This document shows positions 10,145-19,460 of a stretch of 55,096 bases of DNA, piece by piece. This DNA is from Candidatus Rokuibacteriota bacterium. Its GTDB lineage: Bacteria; Methylomirabilota; Methylomirabilia; Rokubacteriales; DASRDR01. Position 1 is the first letter of the stretch, and every line of letters begins with the position of its first letter. Below the pieces are notes generated by a model that was given only the letters and a program-made list of their open reading frames with translations, searched no databases and was not told the origin of the DNA. The position numbers and the translations under genes are program-made. The stretch lies in assembly GCA_044866005.1 (NCBI GenBank), contig JBIOTN010000158.1, positions 1 to 55,096 on the forward strand, written 5' to 3'.

Positions 10145-13100
10145 CTAGTCCGCCGCGTCGATGACCCAGCCGGCGGGCGTGCGCCGGAGCTTGAAGAGAA
10201 AGGCCGCCTCGTTGCGGAAGGTCTGGCCCTCCCTGGTGACGACGACGTCCGTCCGGCGGCCCCGCGCCTCCGCCTCGTCCCCGGTCACGTCGATGCTCCG
10301 GACGGTCAGGTCGACCCGGTGGCTCTTGCTCTCCTCGAAGGACCGGCGCACCTCGGTCTCCGGGAGCGTCGGACGGATTCGGCGGAAGAGCACGACGTCC
10401 TTGCCCTCGATCGCCTGCTTGTAGGTGTCGAGCAGGGTGCGGATTTCGGCCCGCGCATCGCCGCTGGCCGGCTCGGCGCCACCCGCCGCCTTCGCGAAGA
10501 GCCGCTGGGCCGTGCGGTAGTAGCCCGCCGCCTCCTTGAAGCCGAGACGCTCGTAGGTCGCGTCGGCCCGCACCTCCTCGGCGACCGCCCCCTTGTACTC
10601 GGGCGTTTCCGGACGCGCCCGGTCCTTGACCGCGAGCATGCGCGCGCGCGCCTGGTCGGCCTCCGCTTTCGCCTCGCGCGCCACCTGGGCGCGACGGAGG
10701 GCTTCGCCGTACCGCTGGGCCGCCTCCTGATACGCCTGCGCGGCCGCCGCGCCGCTCTGCTGGGTTTCGAGCGTCGCCGCCTCGCTCTCCTTCGCCCGCG
10801 CGCCGTCGAAGACGTCTTTCGCCAGCCGATCGGCGCCGATCTTGAGCGCCTGGTCGCGGCTCGCCGAGGATGCCGCCCGCCCGCGGTCCAGGTCGGCCTT
10901 GAGTGCCGCGACGCGCGCGGCCTCCCCGGCGCGGGCCTCCTGCTCGGCGCGCAGGTATTCCTCCTCGGCCTCGCGGAAGCGCCGCTGGGCCAGCGCGTGG
11001 TCCTGGCGCTCCAGCGCCGACTGGCCGTCCTTCTCCCGGTCCCGCGCGCTGGCGAAGCTCTTCGCCGCGTGCCGGGCGGCGCCCGCCTGCTCGGCCGCCC
11101 GGCGCGCCGTGGCGGCGGCGGCCCCGACCTGCTCCGCCGCCGCGAGGTCGCGCTTGAGGGCGGCCAGCCGCTCGCGCTCGCTGGCGGAAGCGGCCGCCAG
11201 CCTGGCCGAGGCCTCGGTCTCGGCCTGACGGTAGGCCGCTTCGGCGTCGCGCCAGAGCCCCTGCGCCTTGTCGAGCTCCTGCCGCCGAGCGGCGCCCTGC
11301 GCGTCGCGTTCGAGCCCGAGGGCGCGGGTCCACGGGGCCGCGGCGTTCCGGGCCGCGTCCACGATCTCCGCCGCCCGGCGCGCCTCGGCCGCGCGCTCCT
11401 CCTGCCGGCGCGTCTCGCCCTCGCGGCCGGCGAGGACGGCCAGCCGGCGCGCTTCGGCGGCCGCGCGGTCGTAGGCGGCGACCGCCTCGCGGTACCCGGT
11501 CTCGGCGCGCGTGAATTCCCGGCGACCGAGGGCCGCCTCGGCCTCGCGCTCCTTGGCCGCGGCCGGGGCCCAGAGCTTGGGCGCGAGCTGCTCCGCTTCG
11601 GCCTTCATCGCGGCCTCCCGCGCGGCCCGGGTCTTTTCGCGGAGCTCCTCGGCGGCCTGGCGTCCGGGCGGGGCCGGCGGGACGGGCCTGGCGGTCGCCT
11701 CCGGCGGCGGCGCTGTCACCGCCACGCCCGCCGGGGCCGCCGGCGTGGCGGGCGGGGGCCCGGGGGTGAGCGCCGGCCGGAGACCGTAGACGACGAGCGC
11801 GACCACGCCCACGACGGCGCTGGCCGAGAGACCGAGCGAGAGCACCCTGGGAATCCGCACGCGCGCCGTGGGCGTCTCGCCGCGGACGGGGGTCCGGCGC
11901 CACAGGGCGGCCGCGATCCCGCCCGCCCGACCGGTGGCGGCCCCCGGCGCCGCCGGGGCGGCGACGCGGAGCGCCTCGGCGTCCACCGGCTGCCGCTCGG
12001 CGGCGGGCGGCGTCGCGGCGAGGACCGGCTCGGCGCGGGCCGGTGCCGCCGGAATGGCCGGCGAGACGCCCGCCGCGCGCCGCGCCTGCTGGAGGAGGGC
12101 GGCCGCCCGCGCGTGCTCGGGGACCTCGCGCACCGCGCGCTCGAGCTCGGGGATCGCCGCGCGGGCGTCGCCGGCCCGGAGGCACTCCGCCGCGCGCGCC
12201 ACGACCGGCTCGAGCGCCTCCACCTGCCGGAGCCGTCCGCGCACGCGCTCGAGCTGGGCGGCGAGGTCGCGATCGAGCGCGTGCAACTCGGCGAGCCGGC
12301 GCCGATCGATCACCATGGGGACCGTCTCGTCCTCGAGCGGCTGTCCTAGGGACCGGGTCAGCGCGGCCTCGAGCGCCCGCACCTCCGCGGCCAGCGCGCG
12401 CACGCGCGCCTCCAGCCGTTCGGCCTCGTCGGTGAGCCCGCGGCGGACGCCGTCCAGGGCGTTCCGCATCTCGGCGAGGTCGCGGTACCGCTGGGCCGGG
12501 TCTTTGCGGAGCGCCCGCTCGACGATGGCGGCCAGGGCCGGCGGGATGCTCGGGTCGAGCTGCGTGAGGGGCGGCGGGTTCTCCACCCGCAGCCGCTCGA
12601 GCGTCTCCATGGGATCCTCGGCGTCGAAGGCGGCCCGGTAAGCGAGCAGCTCGTAGAAGACGGCCGCGGCCGAGAACATGTCCGAGCGGTGGTCCACGCG
12701 CCCCCGCGCCTGCTCCGGGGCCATGTAGCGGAGCGTGCCCATGATGAGCCCGGTGCGGGTGAGGCCGGGGTCGGTCGTCGCGATGCGCGCGATCCCGAAA
12801 TCGAGGATCTTCGCCTGACCGTTCTGCAGGACGAAGATGTTCCCCGGCTTCACGTCCCGGTGGATGATCCCCTTCTGGTGGGCGTAGTGCAGGCCGTCGC
12901 AGACCTGGACCATCACCGCGAGCTTGTCCTCCAGGGAGAGCGGCGCCCGCCGGGCGATCAGGCCTTTGAGCTCCTCGCCCTCCAGGAACTCCATGACGAT
13001 GAAGAGCTGTCCCTGGTCCTCCCCCAGGTCGTAGACGGTGATGACGTTGGGGTGGGAGAGCTTCGCGCAGGCCTGGGCCTCGCGGTAAAAGCGCGCCTTC

Positions 13101-13246
13101 AGCTCGTCGGTGACGTCGGACTCGCTGGAGATGACCTTGAGCGCCACGAGCCGGTCGAGGACGGGGTCGTGGGCCTTGTAGACGGTCCCCATCCCCCCGC
13201 GGCCGACCCGCTCCAGGATCCGGTACTTGCCGATGCGCTCGACCAT
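10145..13246 (-). CDS. Hanks-type membrane Ser/Thr protein kinase with helical repeats and a C-terminal SnoaL/NTF2-like domain
   Basis: GRGGMGTVY, VALK, HRDVKPGN, DFG and GTLRYMAPEQ motifs. One TM segment (LSLGLSASAVVGVVALVVYGL) followed by a long Ala/Glu/Arg helical region. Confidence 0.92.
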   Translation of the reverse strand: MVERIGKYRILERVGRGGMGTVYKAHDPVLDRLVALKVISSESDVTDELKARFYREAQACAKLSHPNVITVYDLGEDQGQLFIVMEFLEGEELKGLIARRAPLSLEDKLAVMVQVCDGLHYAHQKGIIHRDVKPGNIFVLQNGQAKILDFGIARIATTDPGLTRTGLIMGTLRYMAPEQARGRVDHRSDMFSAAAVFYELLAYRAAFDAEDPMETLERLRVENPPPLTQLDPSIPPALAAIVERALRKDPAQRYRDLAEMRNALDGVRRGLTDEAERLEARVRALAAEVRALEAALTRSLGQPLEDETVPMVIDRRRLAELHALDRDLAAQLERVRGRLRQVEALEPVVARAAECLRAGDARAAIPELERAVREVPEHARAAALLQQARRAAGVSPAIPAAPARAEPVLAATPPAAERQPVDAEALRVAAPAAPGAATGRAGGIAAALWRRTPVRGETPTARVRIPRVLSLGLSASAVVGVVALVVYGLRPALTPGPPPATPAAPAGVAVTAPPPEATARPVPPAPPGRQAAEELREKTRAAREAAMKAEAEQLAPKLWAPAAAKEREAEAALGRREFTRAETGYREAVAAYDRAAAEARRLAVLAGREGETRRQEERAAEARRAAEIVDAARNAAAPWTRALGLERDAQGAARRQELDKAQGLWRDAEAAYRQAETEASARLAAASASERERLAALKRDLAAAEQVGAAAATARRAAEQAGAARHAAKSFASARDREKDGQSALERQDHALAQRRFREAEEEYLRAEQEARAGEAARVAALKADLDRGRAASSASRDQALKIGADRLAKDVFDGARAKESEAATLETQQSGAAAAQAYQEAAQRYGEALRRAQVAREAKAEADQARARMLAVKDRARPETPEYKGAVAEEVRADATYERLGFKEAAGYYRTAQRLFAKAAGGAEPASGDARAEIRTLLDTYKQAIEGKDVVLFRRIRPTLPETEVRRSFEESKSHRVDLTVRSIDVTGDEAEARGRRTDVVVTREGQTFRNEAAFLFKLRRTPAGWVIDAAD

Positions 13247-13261
13247 CGCCGGACGGCGCGC

Positions 13262-14023
13262 TCAGCCCCGGTACTGCACGAGGATGACGCTGATGTTGTC
13301 GCGCCCGCCGTGCCCGTTCGCCTCGGCCACGAGCGCCCGCCCGGCCACGCCGAGGTCGGAGGCGCGCGCCGCGATGAGCTCGGCGATGCGCGCGTCGGCG
13401 ACCATGTTCGTCAGCCCGTCGGAGCAGAGCATCACCACGTCGCCGTCCTGGAGCGGCTGGACTCCGACGTCGAACTCGACTTCCTCGCGCGCGCCCAGCG
13501 CCTTGGTCAGCACGTTCCGCAGCGCGGCGTCCGCACTCGCCGTCGCCTCGGCCTCGCCGCCCGCGGCCACGAGATTCGCCCACGAGTCGTCGCGCGTGAG
13601 CTGGCGCAGGACACCGCCCCGCATCAGGTAGATCCGGCTGTCCCCCACGTGCGCGTAGGTCATGCACGGCTCACCGGCCGCCGCCAGGATGGCCGCGACG
13701 GTGGTGCCCATGCCCGTGTAGTCCTCTCCGGACGTCGCGTGCTTGAAGACCGTGCGGTTGGCGAGTTTGATCGCCGTGCGGAGGCGGTTGCCGTCATAGG
13801 GGAGGCGGGGGTCGAAGCCATAGGGCCAGGTCAGCTCGCGGTCTTCCTCGGAGCGCTCGATGAAGCGGGCGATCGCCTCGACGGCGAGGCTGGAGGCCAC
13901 CTCGCCCGCCTTGTGGCCTCCCATGCCGTCGCAGACCACGAAGAGAGGCTCGGCGGCCAGGATGTGGTCCTCGTTGACCTGCCGCCGCCGGCCGACGTCG
14001 GTCTCGCCGTGCGCGATGAGCAT
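13262..14023 (-). CDS. PP2C-family Ser/Thr phosphatase (Stp1/PrpC-like)
   Basis: NED, VCDGMGGH, GMGTT, HVGDSRIY, LCSDGL and GGRDNIS motifs. Confidence 0.95.
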   Translation of the reverse strand: MLIAHGETDVGRRRQVNEDHILAAEPLFVVCDGMGGHKAGEVASSLAVEAIARFIERSEEDRELTWPYGFDPRLPYDGNRLRTAIKLANRTVFKHATSGEDYTGMGTTVAAILAAAGEPCMTYAHVGDSRIYLMRGGVLRQLTRDDSWANLVAAGGEAEATASADAALRNVLTKALGAREEVEFDVGVQPLQDGDVVMLCSDGLTNMVADARIAELIAARASDLGVAGRALVAEANGHGGRDNISVILVQYRG

Positions 14024-14114
14024 GCCGACTCCTGGGGCGTCGCGCCGGCGATTCTGTCACGCGCCGCCGGCGACTGTCAACGAATCGGCGTGCGGGGCCG
14101 CGCGCCGGCCGCGA

Positions 14115-15695
14115 TCAGGAGAGGAGCTCGTAGACGCGGATCTGCTGCTGCTTGCCCTTGAGCGTGGTTTCGCCGAGGTCCCGGTAGCGGAAGAGGTCCC
14201 GCGTCTTCAGGTAGGTCTCCTCCCCTACGTAGACCTTCCCGGGCTGGCAGATCGACTCGAGCCGCTGCGCCACGTTCACCGGGTCGCCGAGGACGGTGAA
14301 CTCCATGCGCTGGGTCGAGCCGATGTTCCCCACGACGACCCGGCCGCTGTTGACGCCGACCCGCACCCGGAAGCGCCGGTCGGGAGGCAGCGTTTCCTGC
14401 ACCGCGGCCACCTCCGCCTGCATGGCGAGCGCCGCGCGGACCGCCAGCTCGGGATGGTTCCCCATCGGGATCGGCGCGCCGAAGATCGCCATGATGGCGT
14501 CGCCGATGTACTTGTTCACCGACCCCTTGAAGCTGAAGATCACCCGCGTCGTCCGATCGAAGAAGGTGTTGAGCAGCTCCGCGACCTCGGCGGCCGTCAG
14601 CCGCTCGGCGAGCGGGGTGAAGCCCACGACGTCGCAGAAGAGCACGGACACGACCTCCTCGGCCACCTCGATCCCCAGGCTCCGGCCCTCGCGGGAGTGG
14701 CGGAGGATCATCTCGACGATGTCGGGCGAGTGGTAGCCGGAGAGATTCGAGCGGATGATCGCCTCGTCGCGGATCTGCTCGGCCTGCCGGATCTGCCGGA
14801 TCCCGATGGCCACCTGGTTGGCGACCGCCGTGACCAGCTCCAGCTCCGCCTCGGTGAAGGCGTGGGCGTCGAAGAGGTTGTCGAGGTAGAGGACGCCCTG
14901 CGTGTCGGTCTCGGACCAGAGCGGCACGCACATCGCCGAGCGGACGTGGTACATGAGGATGCTCTCGCCGCGCTGGAACCGCGGGTCGTGGCGGGCGTCC
15001 GAGGTGATGACCGCCACCCGCTCCCGCAGCACCCAGTTGCTGATCGTGTGGCTGATGGTGACCTGCCCGTCACCCTTGCGCGTGTGCTCGACGAGCGTGG
15101 TCAGCGGCGGATCGCCCGGCCCGCTGAGCGCGATCACGCCACGCTCGGCCGGGACGACCCGGAAGATGAGGTCGAGCGCCGTCCGCCCGATCTCCCGGAC
15201 GTCGCGCGCGCCGAGGAGCAGCTTGGCCAGCTCGTGGAGCACCGTGAAGTACTCCACGGTGCGGGGCAGCGCCACCTCGTCCAGCGAGCGGACGAAGTCC
15301 GGGCCGCGGGCGAAGGTCGGCTTCGCCTCCTCCATCATGAGCCGCGTCCGGTCCGTGGTGTCCTCCGACGGCTTCGGCTCGAGGACGGCCGTGTCCGGGG
15401 GCTTCTCGAAGAAGTGGATGCTGGCCGCGCCGATCCGGACCTCGTCGCCGGCCTGGAGGCGCTCGGGCCGGTCGGCGTCGAGTCGCCGGCCGTTCAGGTA
15501 GGTCCCGTTCGCGGCGCCGAGGTCCACGAGGCGCCACGCGGCGCCCTCCTGCTCGATCCGGCTGTGCTCCCGGGAAACCCCGTAGTCGCCGAGGACGAGG
15601 TCGTTGCCCGCCCGCCGGCCGATCCGGAACGGGGTTTTCACCATCTCCACGACCCGGGGCGACTCGCCCTCCTCGTGGATCACGAGCCACGGCAT
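14115..15695 (-). CDS. FHA + GAF + class III adenylate cyclase
   Basis: FHA (IGR, SREH, NGT), GAF (RSAMCVPL, GVLYLD) and cyclase motifs (VLFCDVVGFT, NKYIGDAIM, FTVLGDPVNVAQRLE). Lys/Thr specificity residues suggest ATP as substrate. Confidence 0.92.
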   Translation of the reverse strand: MPWLVIHEEGESPRVVEMVKTPFRIGRRAGNDLVLGDYGVSREHSRIEQEGAAWRLVDLGAANGTYLNGRRLDADRPERLQAGDEVRIGAASIHFFEKPPDTAVLEPKPSEDTTDRTRLMMEEAKPTFARGPDFVRSLDEVALPRTVEYFTVLHELAKLLLGARDVREIGRTALDLIFRVVPAERGVIALSGPGDPPLTTLVEHTRKGDGQVTISHTISNWVLRERVAVITSDARHDPRFQRGESILMYHVRSAMCVPLWSETDTQGVLYLDNLFDAHAFTEAELELVTAVANQVAIGIRQIRQAEQIRDEAIIRSNLSGYHSPDIVEMILRHSREGRSLGIEVAEEVVSVLFCDVVGFTPLAERLTAAEVAELLNTFFDRTTRVIFSFKGSVNKYIGDAIMAIFGAPIPMGNHPELAVRAALAMQAEVAAVQETLPPDRRFRVRVGVNSGRVVVGNIGSTQRMEFTVLGDPVNVAQRLESICQPGKVYVGEETYLKTRDLFRYRDLGETTLKGKQQQIRVYELLS

Positions 15696-15851
15696 GGCCC
15701 CCTCTTTAGCACAACTTCACCGGTAACGGGAGACCCACCGCCCCAGCGCGCGGCGGCAGCAGGCTCAAGGGCAGCCGTCCGCGCGGCCGGCGTCGCCGGC
15801 GCCCCCGGGGCGGAAGAAGCCAGCCACAGGTCGCGCGCGGCCGCTTTCCGC

Positions 15852-15916
15852 GCGCCGGCTTCGCCGGCGCACCCGAAGGGGGAGGACTCGGAGGGGGCCG
15901 TCGAGGCCCCCTCCGA
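15852..15916. repeat. Dispersed REP-like repeat (12-bp stem TCGGAGGGGGCC-gtcga-GGCCCCCTCCGA plus a second hairpin)
   Basis: Perfect palindrome at 15888..15916 and hairpin GCGCCGGC-ttc-GCCGGCGC at 15852..15870, a few nt downstream of the E2 stop. Confidence 0.75.
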
Positions 15917-15922
15917 AAGAAG

Positions 15923-17335
15923 TCAGAGGGTCAGCGCGAGGGGATGCTCGAGGTCCCCGCGGACGTGCTGGAGGAACTGGACGGCGGTCGCCCCGTCCAC
16001 GATCCGGTGGTCGTAGGAGAGGCAGAGGTACATGAGCTCGCGCGGCACGATCTGGCCGTCGCGCACGGCCGGCTGGGTCCGGATCGCCTGCACCCCCAGG
16101 ATCGCCGCCTGGGGCTGATGGATGATCGGCGTCGAGAGCACACCGCCGAAGACGCCCGGGTTGGTGACCGTGAAGGTGCCCCCGGAGAGCTCCTCGGGGC
16201 GGAGCTTCCGCGCCCGCCCGCGCTCGACGAGATCGTGGATCCCCCGCGCCAGCTCGCGGATCGACCGCCGGTCCGCGTGACGGAGGACGGGGACGATCAG
16301 CCCCTCGGCCGTCGCCACGGCGACCCCGATGTGGTAGTAGCGACGGAGGAGGATCCGCTCCCCCTCGAGGGAGCTGTTCAGCATGGGGAAGGCGCGGAGG
16401 CCGCCCAGCACCGCCCGGACGATGAAGGGCAGATAGGTCAGCGGCGCGCCGGCCTCCTGCTCGAACCGCGCCTTGTAGTGCGCGCGGAACCGGACGAGGT
16501 CCGTCACGTCGACCTCGGCCACGGTCGTGACGTGGGGCGCCGCGCGGACCGAGGCGACCATGTGCTCGGCGATCGCCTTGCGGAGGCCTTCGAGCGGGAT
16601 CGCCTCGACGGGCTCGTCCTCGGCGGTCGGGCGCGCCGCGGCGCGGGCCGCCGGGGCCGGGGGAATCCGGACGGCCTCGGGTACCGTGTCCCGGCGCGGG
16701 GGCGCGACGCCGCCCTCCGGCCCCCACGCGGGCGGCGCGGCGCGCGTGGCGCGGCCGGCGACGTAGGCGAGGACGTCCTGCTTCGTCACCCGGCCCCCGA
16801 TGCCGCTCCCGGCGATCCGGTCGAGGTCGGCGGGGCTCAGGTGGTGCTGGGCCATCAGCTTCGCCACGACCGGACTCACGATCTTCCGGCCGGCCGTATC
16901 CCCGGCCGGCGCGGCGGGTGCCTCGGCCGCCGGAGCCGGCGGCGACGCGACGGGAGCGAGGGGCTCGGGCGCGGGAGCCGGCCGCGCCGGCCCGGCGGGC
17001 GGGGGGGCCGGCCGCGCCGGGGGCGGCGCCGCGGCGGCCGGCGCGCCGACGGCCGCGGCGGGGCGGGGGCGGCCCTCGGGTGGCGCCTCCCGCGCGGGAC
17101 CCGGCTCGATCAGGGCGATCTCCGCGCCGACCGGCGCGCGCCCTCCCTCGGGGACGAGGATCTTCGCCAGGACCCCGTCGGCGGGCGCCGGGATCTCGAC
17201 GTCGGCCTTGTCGGTCTCCACCTCCGCGATCGTCTCGTTCCGCTTGACGCCTTCCCCCTCGCGCCGGAGCCAGCGGAGGACCTTCCCCTCCACCACGGAT
17301 TCGCCCATGTGCGGCATGAGGACGGTCGTCGCCAC
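15923..17335 (-). CDS. 2-oxoacid dehydrogenase E2 (dihydrolipoamide acyltransferase)
   Basis: Lipoyl domain ETDKA, Pro/Ala linker, E3-binding domain (SP.V..L...GSG.GGRVTKQD) and catalytic DHRIVDG. Confidence 0.95.
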   Translation of the reverse strand: MATTVLMPHMGESVVEGKVLRWLRREGEGVKRNETIAEVETDKADVEIPAPADGVLAKILVPEGGRAPVGAEIALIEPGPAREAPPEGRPRPAAAVGAPAAAAPPPARPAPPPAGPARPAPAPEPLAPVASPPAPAAEAPAAPAGDTAGRKIVSPVVAKLMAQHHLSPADLDRIAGSGIGGRVTKQDVLAYVAGRATRAAPPAWGPEGGVAPPRRDTVPEAVRIPPAPAARAAARPTAEDEPVEAIPLEGLRKAIAEHMVASVRAAPHVTTVAEVDVTDLVRFRAHYKARFEQEAGAPLTYLPFIVRAVLGGLRAFPMLNSSLEGERILLRRYYHIGVAVATAEGLIVPVLRHADRRSIRELARGIHDLVERGRARKLRPEELSGGTFTVTNPGVFGGVLSTPIIHQPQAAILGVQAIRTQPAVRDGQIVPRELMYLCLSYDHRIVDGATAVQFLQHVRGDLEHPLALTL

Positions 17336-17345
17336 GGTCTCCGCC

Positions 17346-18380
17346 TCAGTACGCGGCGAGCTTCCGCAGGGCGGCGAAGATCTTGTCCGCGTTGGGCAGG
17401 ATGTATTCCTCGAGCGGCGGGCTGAAGGGGGCGAGGTGGACGTCGGGGGTGGTCAGGCGCACGACCGGGCCGTCCAGGTCCTCGAAGGCGTCCTCGGCGA
17501 TCAGCGCCGCCAGCTCCGCCCCGACGCCGCAGGTGCGCGAGGCCTCGTGGACGATCAGGACCTTGGAGGTCTTGCGGACCGAGGCGAGGACCGCCTCGCG
17601 GTCGAGCGGGGCGAGCGTCCGGAGGTCCACGACCTCGGTCTCGATGCCCTCGGCGTCGGCCAGGCGATCGGCCGCCTCGAGCGAGGGGTGCACCATCGCG
17701 CCGTAGGTCACGAGCGTCAGCGCGTCGCCGGGCCGCTTGACGTCCGCGACCCCGAGCGGGACCAGCGTGTCGGCGTCGCCGACCGGCCCGGTGATGCGGC
17801 GGTAGAGGCCCTTGTGCTCGAAGTAGACGACGGGGTTGTCGTCGCGGATGGCGGCCTTGAGGAGTCCCTTGGCATCGTACGGGGTGGCCGGCGCGACGAC
17901 CTTGAGGCCCGGGCGGTGGACGAACCAGGCCTCCGGCAGCTGCGAGTGGTAGAGGCCGCCGTGGACGCCGGCCCCGCAGGGACAGCGGATGACGATCGGG
18001 ACGGCCTGACGGCCGCCGTACCGGTAGCGCAGCGTGGCCGCCTGGTTCACGACCTGGTCGAAGCCGCAGGAGATGAAGTCGCCGAACTGCATCTCCACGA
18101 CCGGCCGGAAGCCGAGCAGCGACGCCCCCGTGGCCACGCCGATGATGCAGGACTCGGAGATCGGGGTGTCGAGCGTCCGCGCCGCGCCGAAGCGCTCCAC
18201 GAAGCCCTTGGTGATCTGGAAGGCGCCCCCGTACGCGCCGATGTCCTCGCCCAGGCAGAAGACCGCCTCGTCGCGCTCCATCTCCTCCCAGAGCGCCTGG
18301 CGGATCGCCTCGAGATAGCTCACCGCGCCCGCGGCGCGGCCGCCGGAGGGCTCCGCGACCGCCGGCCGGTCAGGGGGCAT
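17346..18380 (-). CDS. 2-oxoacid dehydrogenase E1 beta subunit
   Basis: GEDIG, DTPISE, EMQF.DF, YHSQ, FEHK and DLRTL.PLD motifs. Confidence 0.95.
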   Translation of the reverse strand: MPPDRPAVAEPSGGRAAGAVSYLEAIRQALWEEMERDEAVFCLGEDIGAYGGAFQITKGFVERFGAARTLDTPISESCIIGVATGASLLGFRPVVEMQFGDFISCGFDQVVNQAATLRYRYGGRQAVPIVIRCPCGAGVHGGLYHSQLPEAWFVHRPGLKVVAPATPYDAKGLLKAAIRDDNPVVYFEHKGLYRRITGPVGDADTLVPLGVADVKRPGDALTLVTYGAMVHPSLEAADRLADAEGIETEVVDLRTLAPLDREAVLASVRKTSKVLIVHEASRTCGVGAELAALIAEDAFEDLDGPVVRLTTPDVHLAPFSPPLEEYILPNADKIFAALRKLAAY

Positions 18381-19341
18381 AGATGTCCGCGAGCGCTTCC
18401 GGGCCCTCCGGCCAGGGGCTCGCCTCCGCGAACTCGACCGCCTCGTCGATCTCGCGCTCGACCCGCGCCGTCATCTCGTCGCGCGTCTCGTCGGTCAGGA
18501 GCTGCTTCTCCGTCAGGTACCGCTCGAACTGCGGGATGGGGTCACGCGCCTTCCACTCGATCAGCTCCTCTTCCGTCCGATAGGAGGCCTTGTCGTGCTC
18601 GGAGTGGCCGTGCCAGCGGAAGGTCTTGCACTCCACGAGCGTCGGCCCCGCGCCGGCGCGCGCGCGGGCAATGGCCTTCCGAATGACGCGGTAGACCCGG
18701 AGGAGGTCGTTGCCGTAGACGTCCACGCCCGGGAACCCGTACGCCTGCGCCCGGACCGACACCTCGGGAATCGCGAAGGCCTGCTCGAACGGCGTCGAGT
18801 AGGCGTAGAGGTTGTTCTCGCAGACGAAGACGACCGCCAGCCGGTGGACCGCGGCGAAGTTCATCGCCTCGTGGACGTCCCCGTAGTTCGCGGCGCCCTC
18901 GCCGAAGTAGGCGACCACGACGTGGTCCTGCCCGCGCAGCCTGAAGCCGTACGCGATCCCGCAGGCGACGGGCAGGTTGGAGCCGAGCACCGAGGTGTTG
19001 CCGAAGATCCCGAGCCCGGTGTCGCCGGCGTGGAGGTAGGAGTCCTTGCCGCGCGAGAGCCCGTCGCGCCGGCCGAGAACCTGGGCCATCAGGACCCGCG
19101 GCGGCACGCCCTTGACGAGGAAGGCGCCGAGGTCACGGTGAAGCGGGGCGATGAAGTCTTCGCGGCGCAGGCCGTACACGGTGCCGATCGTGATCGCCTC
19201 CTGCCCGATCCCGGAGTAGATCCCGCCGAGGATCTTGCCCTGGCGGTGGAGGAGGGACAGGCGCTCCTCGAAGGCGCGGGAGAGCCGCAGGAAGTAGTAC
19301 ATCTCCCGGAGCTGATCGTCGGTGACCTCGAGTGGGGGCAT
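18370..19341 (-). CDS. 2-oxoacid dehydrogenase E1 alpha subunit (ThDP-dependent)
   Basis: GQEA, GEGAANYGDVHEAMN...ENNLYA ThDP motif and RWHGHS. Alternative start at 19377. Confidence 0.93.
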   Translation of the reverse strand: MPPLEVTDDQLREMYYFLRLSRAFEERLSLLHRQGKILGGIYSGIGQEAITIGTVYGLRREDFIAPLHRDLGAFLVKGVPPRVLMAQVLGRRDGLSRGKDSYLHAGDTGLGIFGNTSVLGSNLPVACGIAYGFRLRGQDHVVVAYFGEGAANYGDVHEAMNFAAVHRLAVVFVCENNLYAYSTPFEQAFAIPEVSVRAQAYGFPGVDVYGNDLLRVYRVIRKAIARARAGAGPTLVECKTFRWHGHSEHDKASYRTEEELIEWKARDPIPQFERYLTEKQLLTDETRDEMTARVEREIDEAVEFAEASPWPEGPEALADIYAP

Positions 19342-19426
19342 GGATGGGCTCGCCTGCGTCCTACCATCCCTCAGCATACGCCATCCCGGGGACGGCCATC
19401 CACGCCCGGGAGGCGGCGGGGCACTG

Positions 19427-19454
19427 TCCGGCGGGGCCGCCCAGGCCCCCTCCC
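19427..19454. repeat. Degenerate copy of the REP-like hairpin
   Basis: CCGGCGGGGCCGCCCAGGCCCCCTCCC, about 6 nt downstream of the malate synthase stop. Confidence 0.45.
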
Positions 19455-19460
19455 ACTGAC

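Noticed and set aside
9984..13667. Many very long alternative-frame and antisense ORFs (e.g. 9984..13667, 6900..9737, 46687..49503, 25027..27480)
   Set aside because: Arg/Gly/Pro/Ala-rich shadows of real genes, expected at this GC content where stop codons are rare. No motifs.
16900..17100. Low-complexity GC repeat
   Set aside because: It encodes the ordinary Pro/Ala linker of the E2 subunit.
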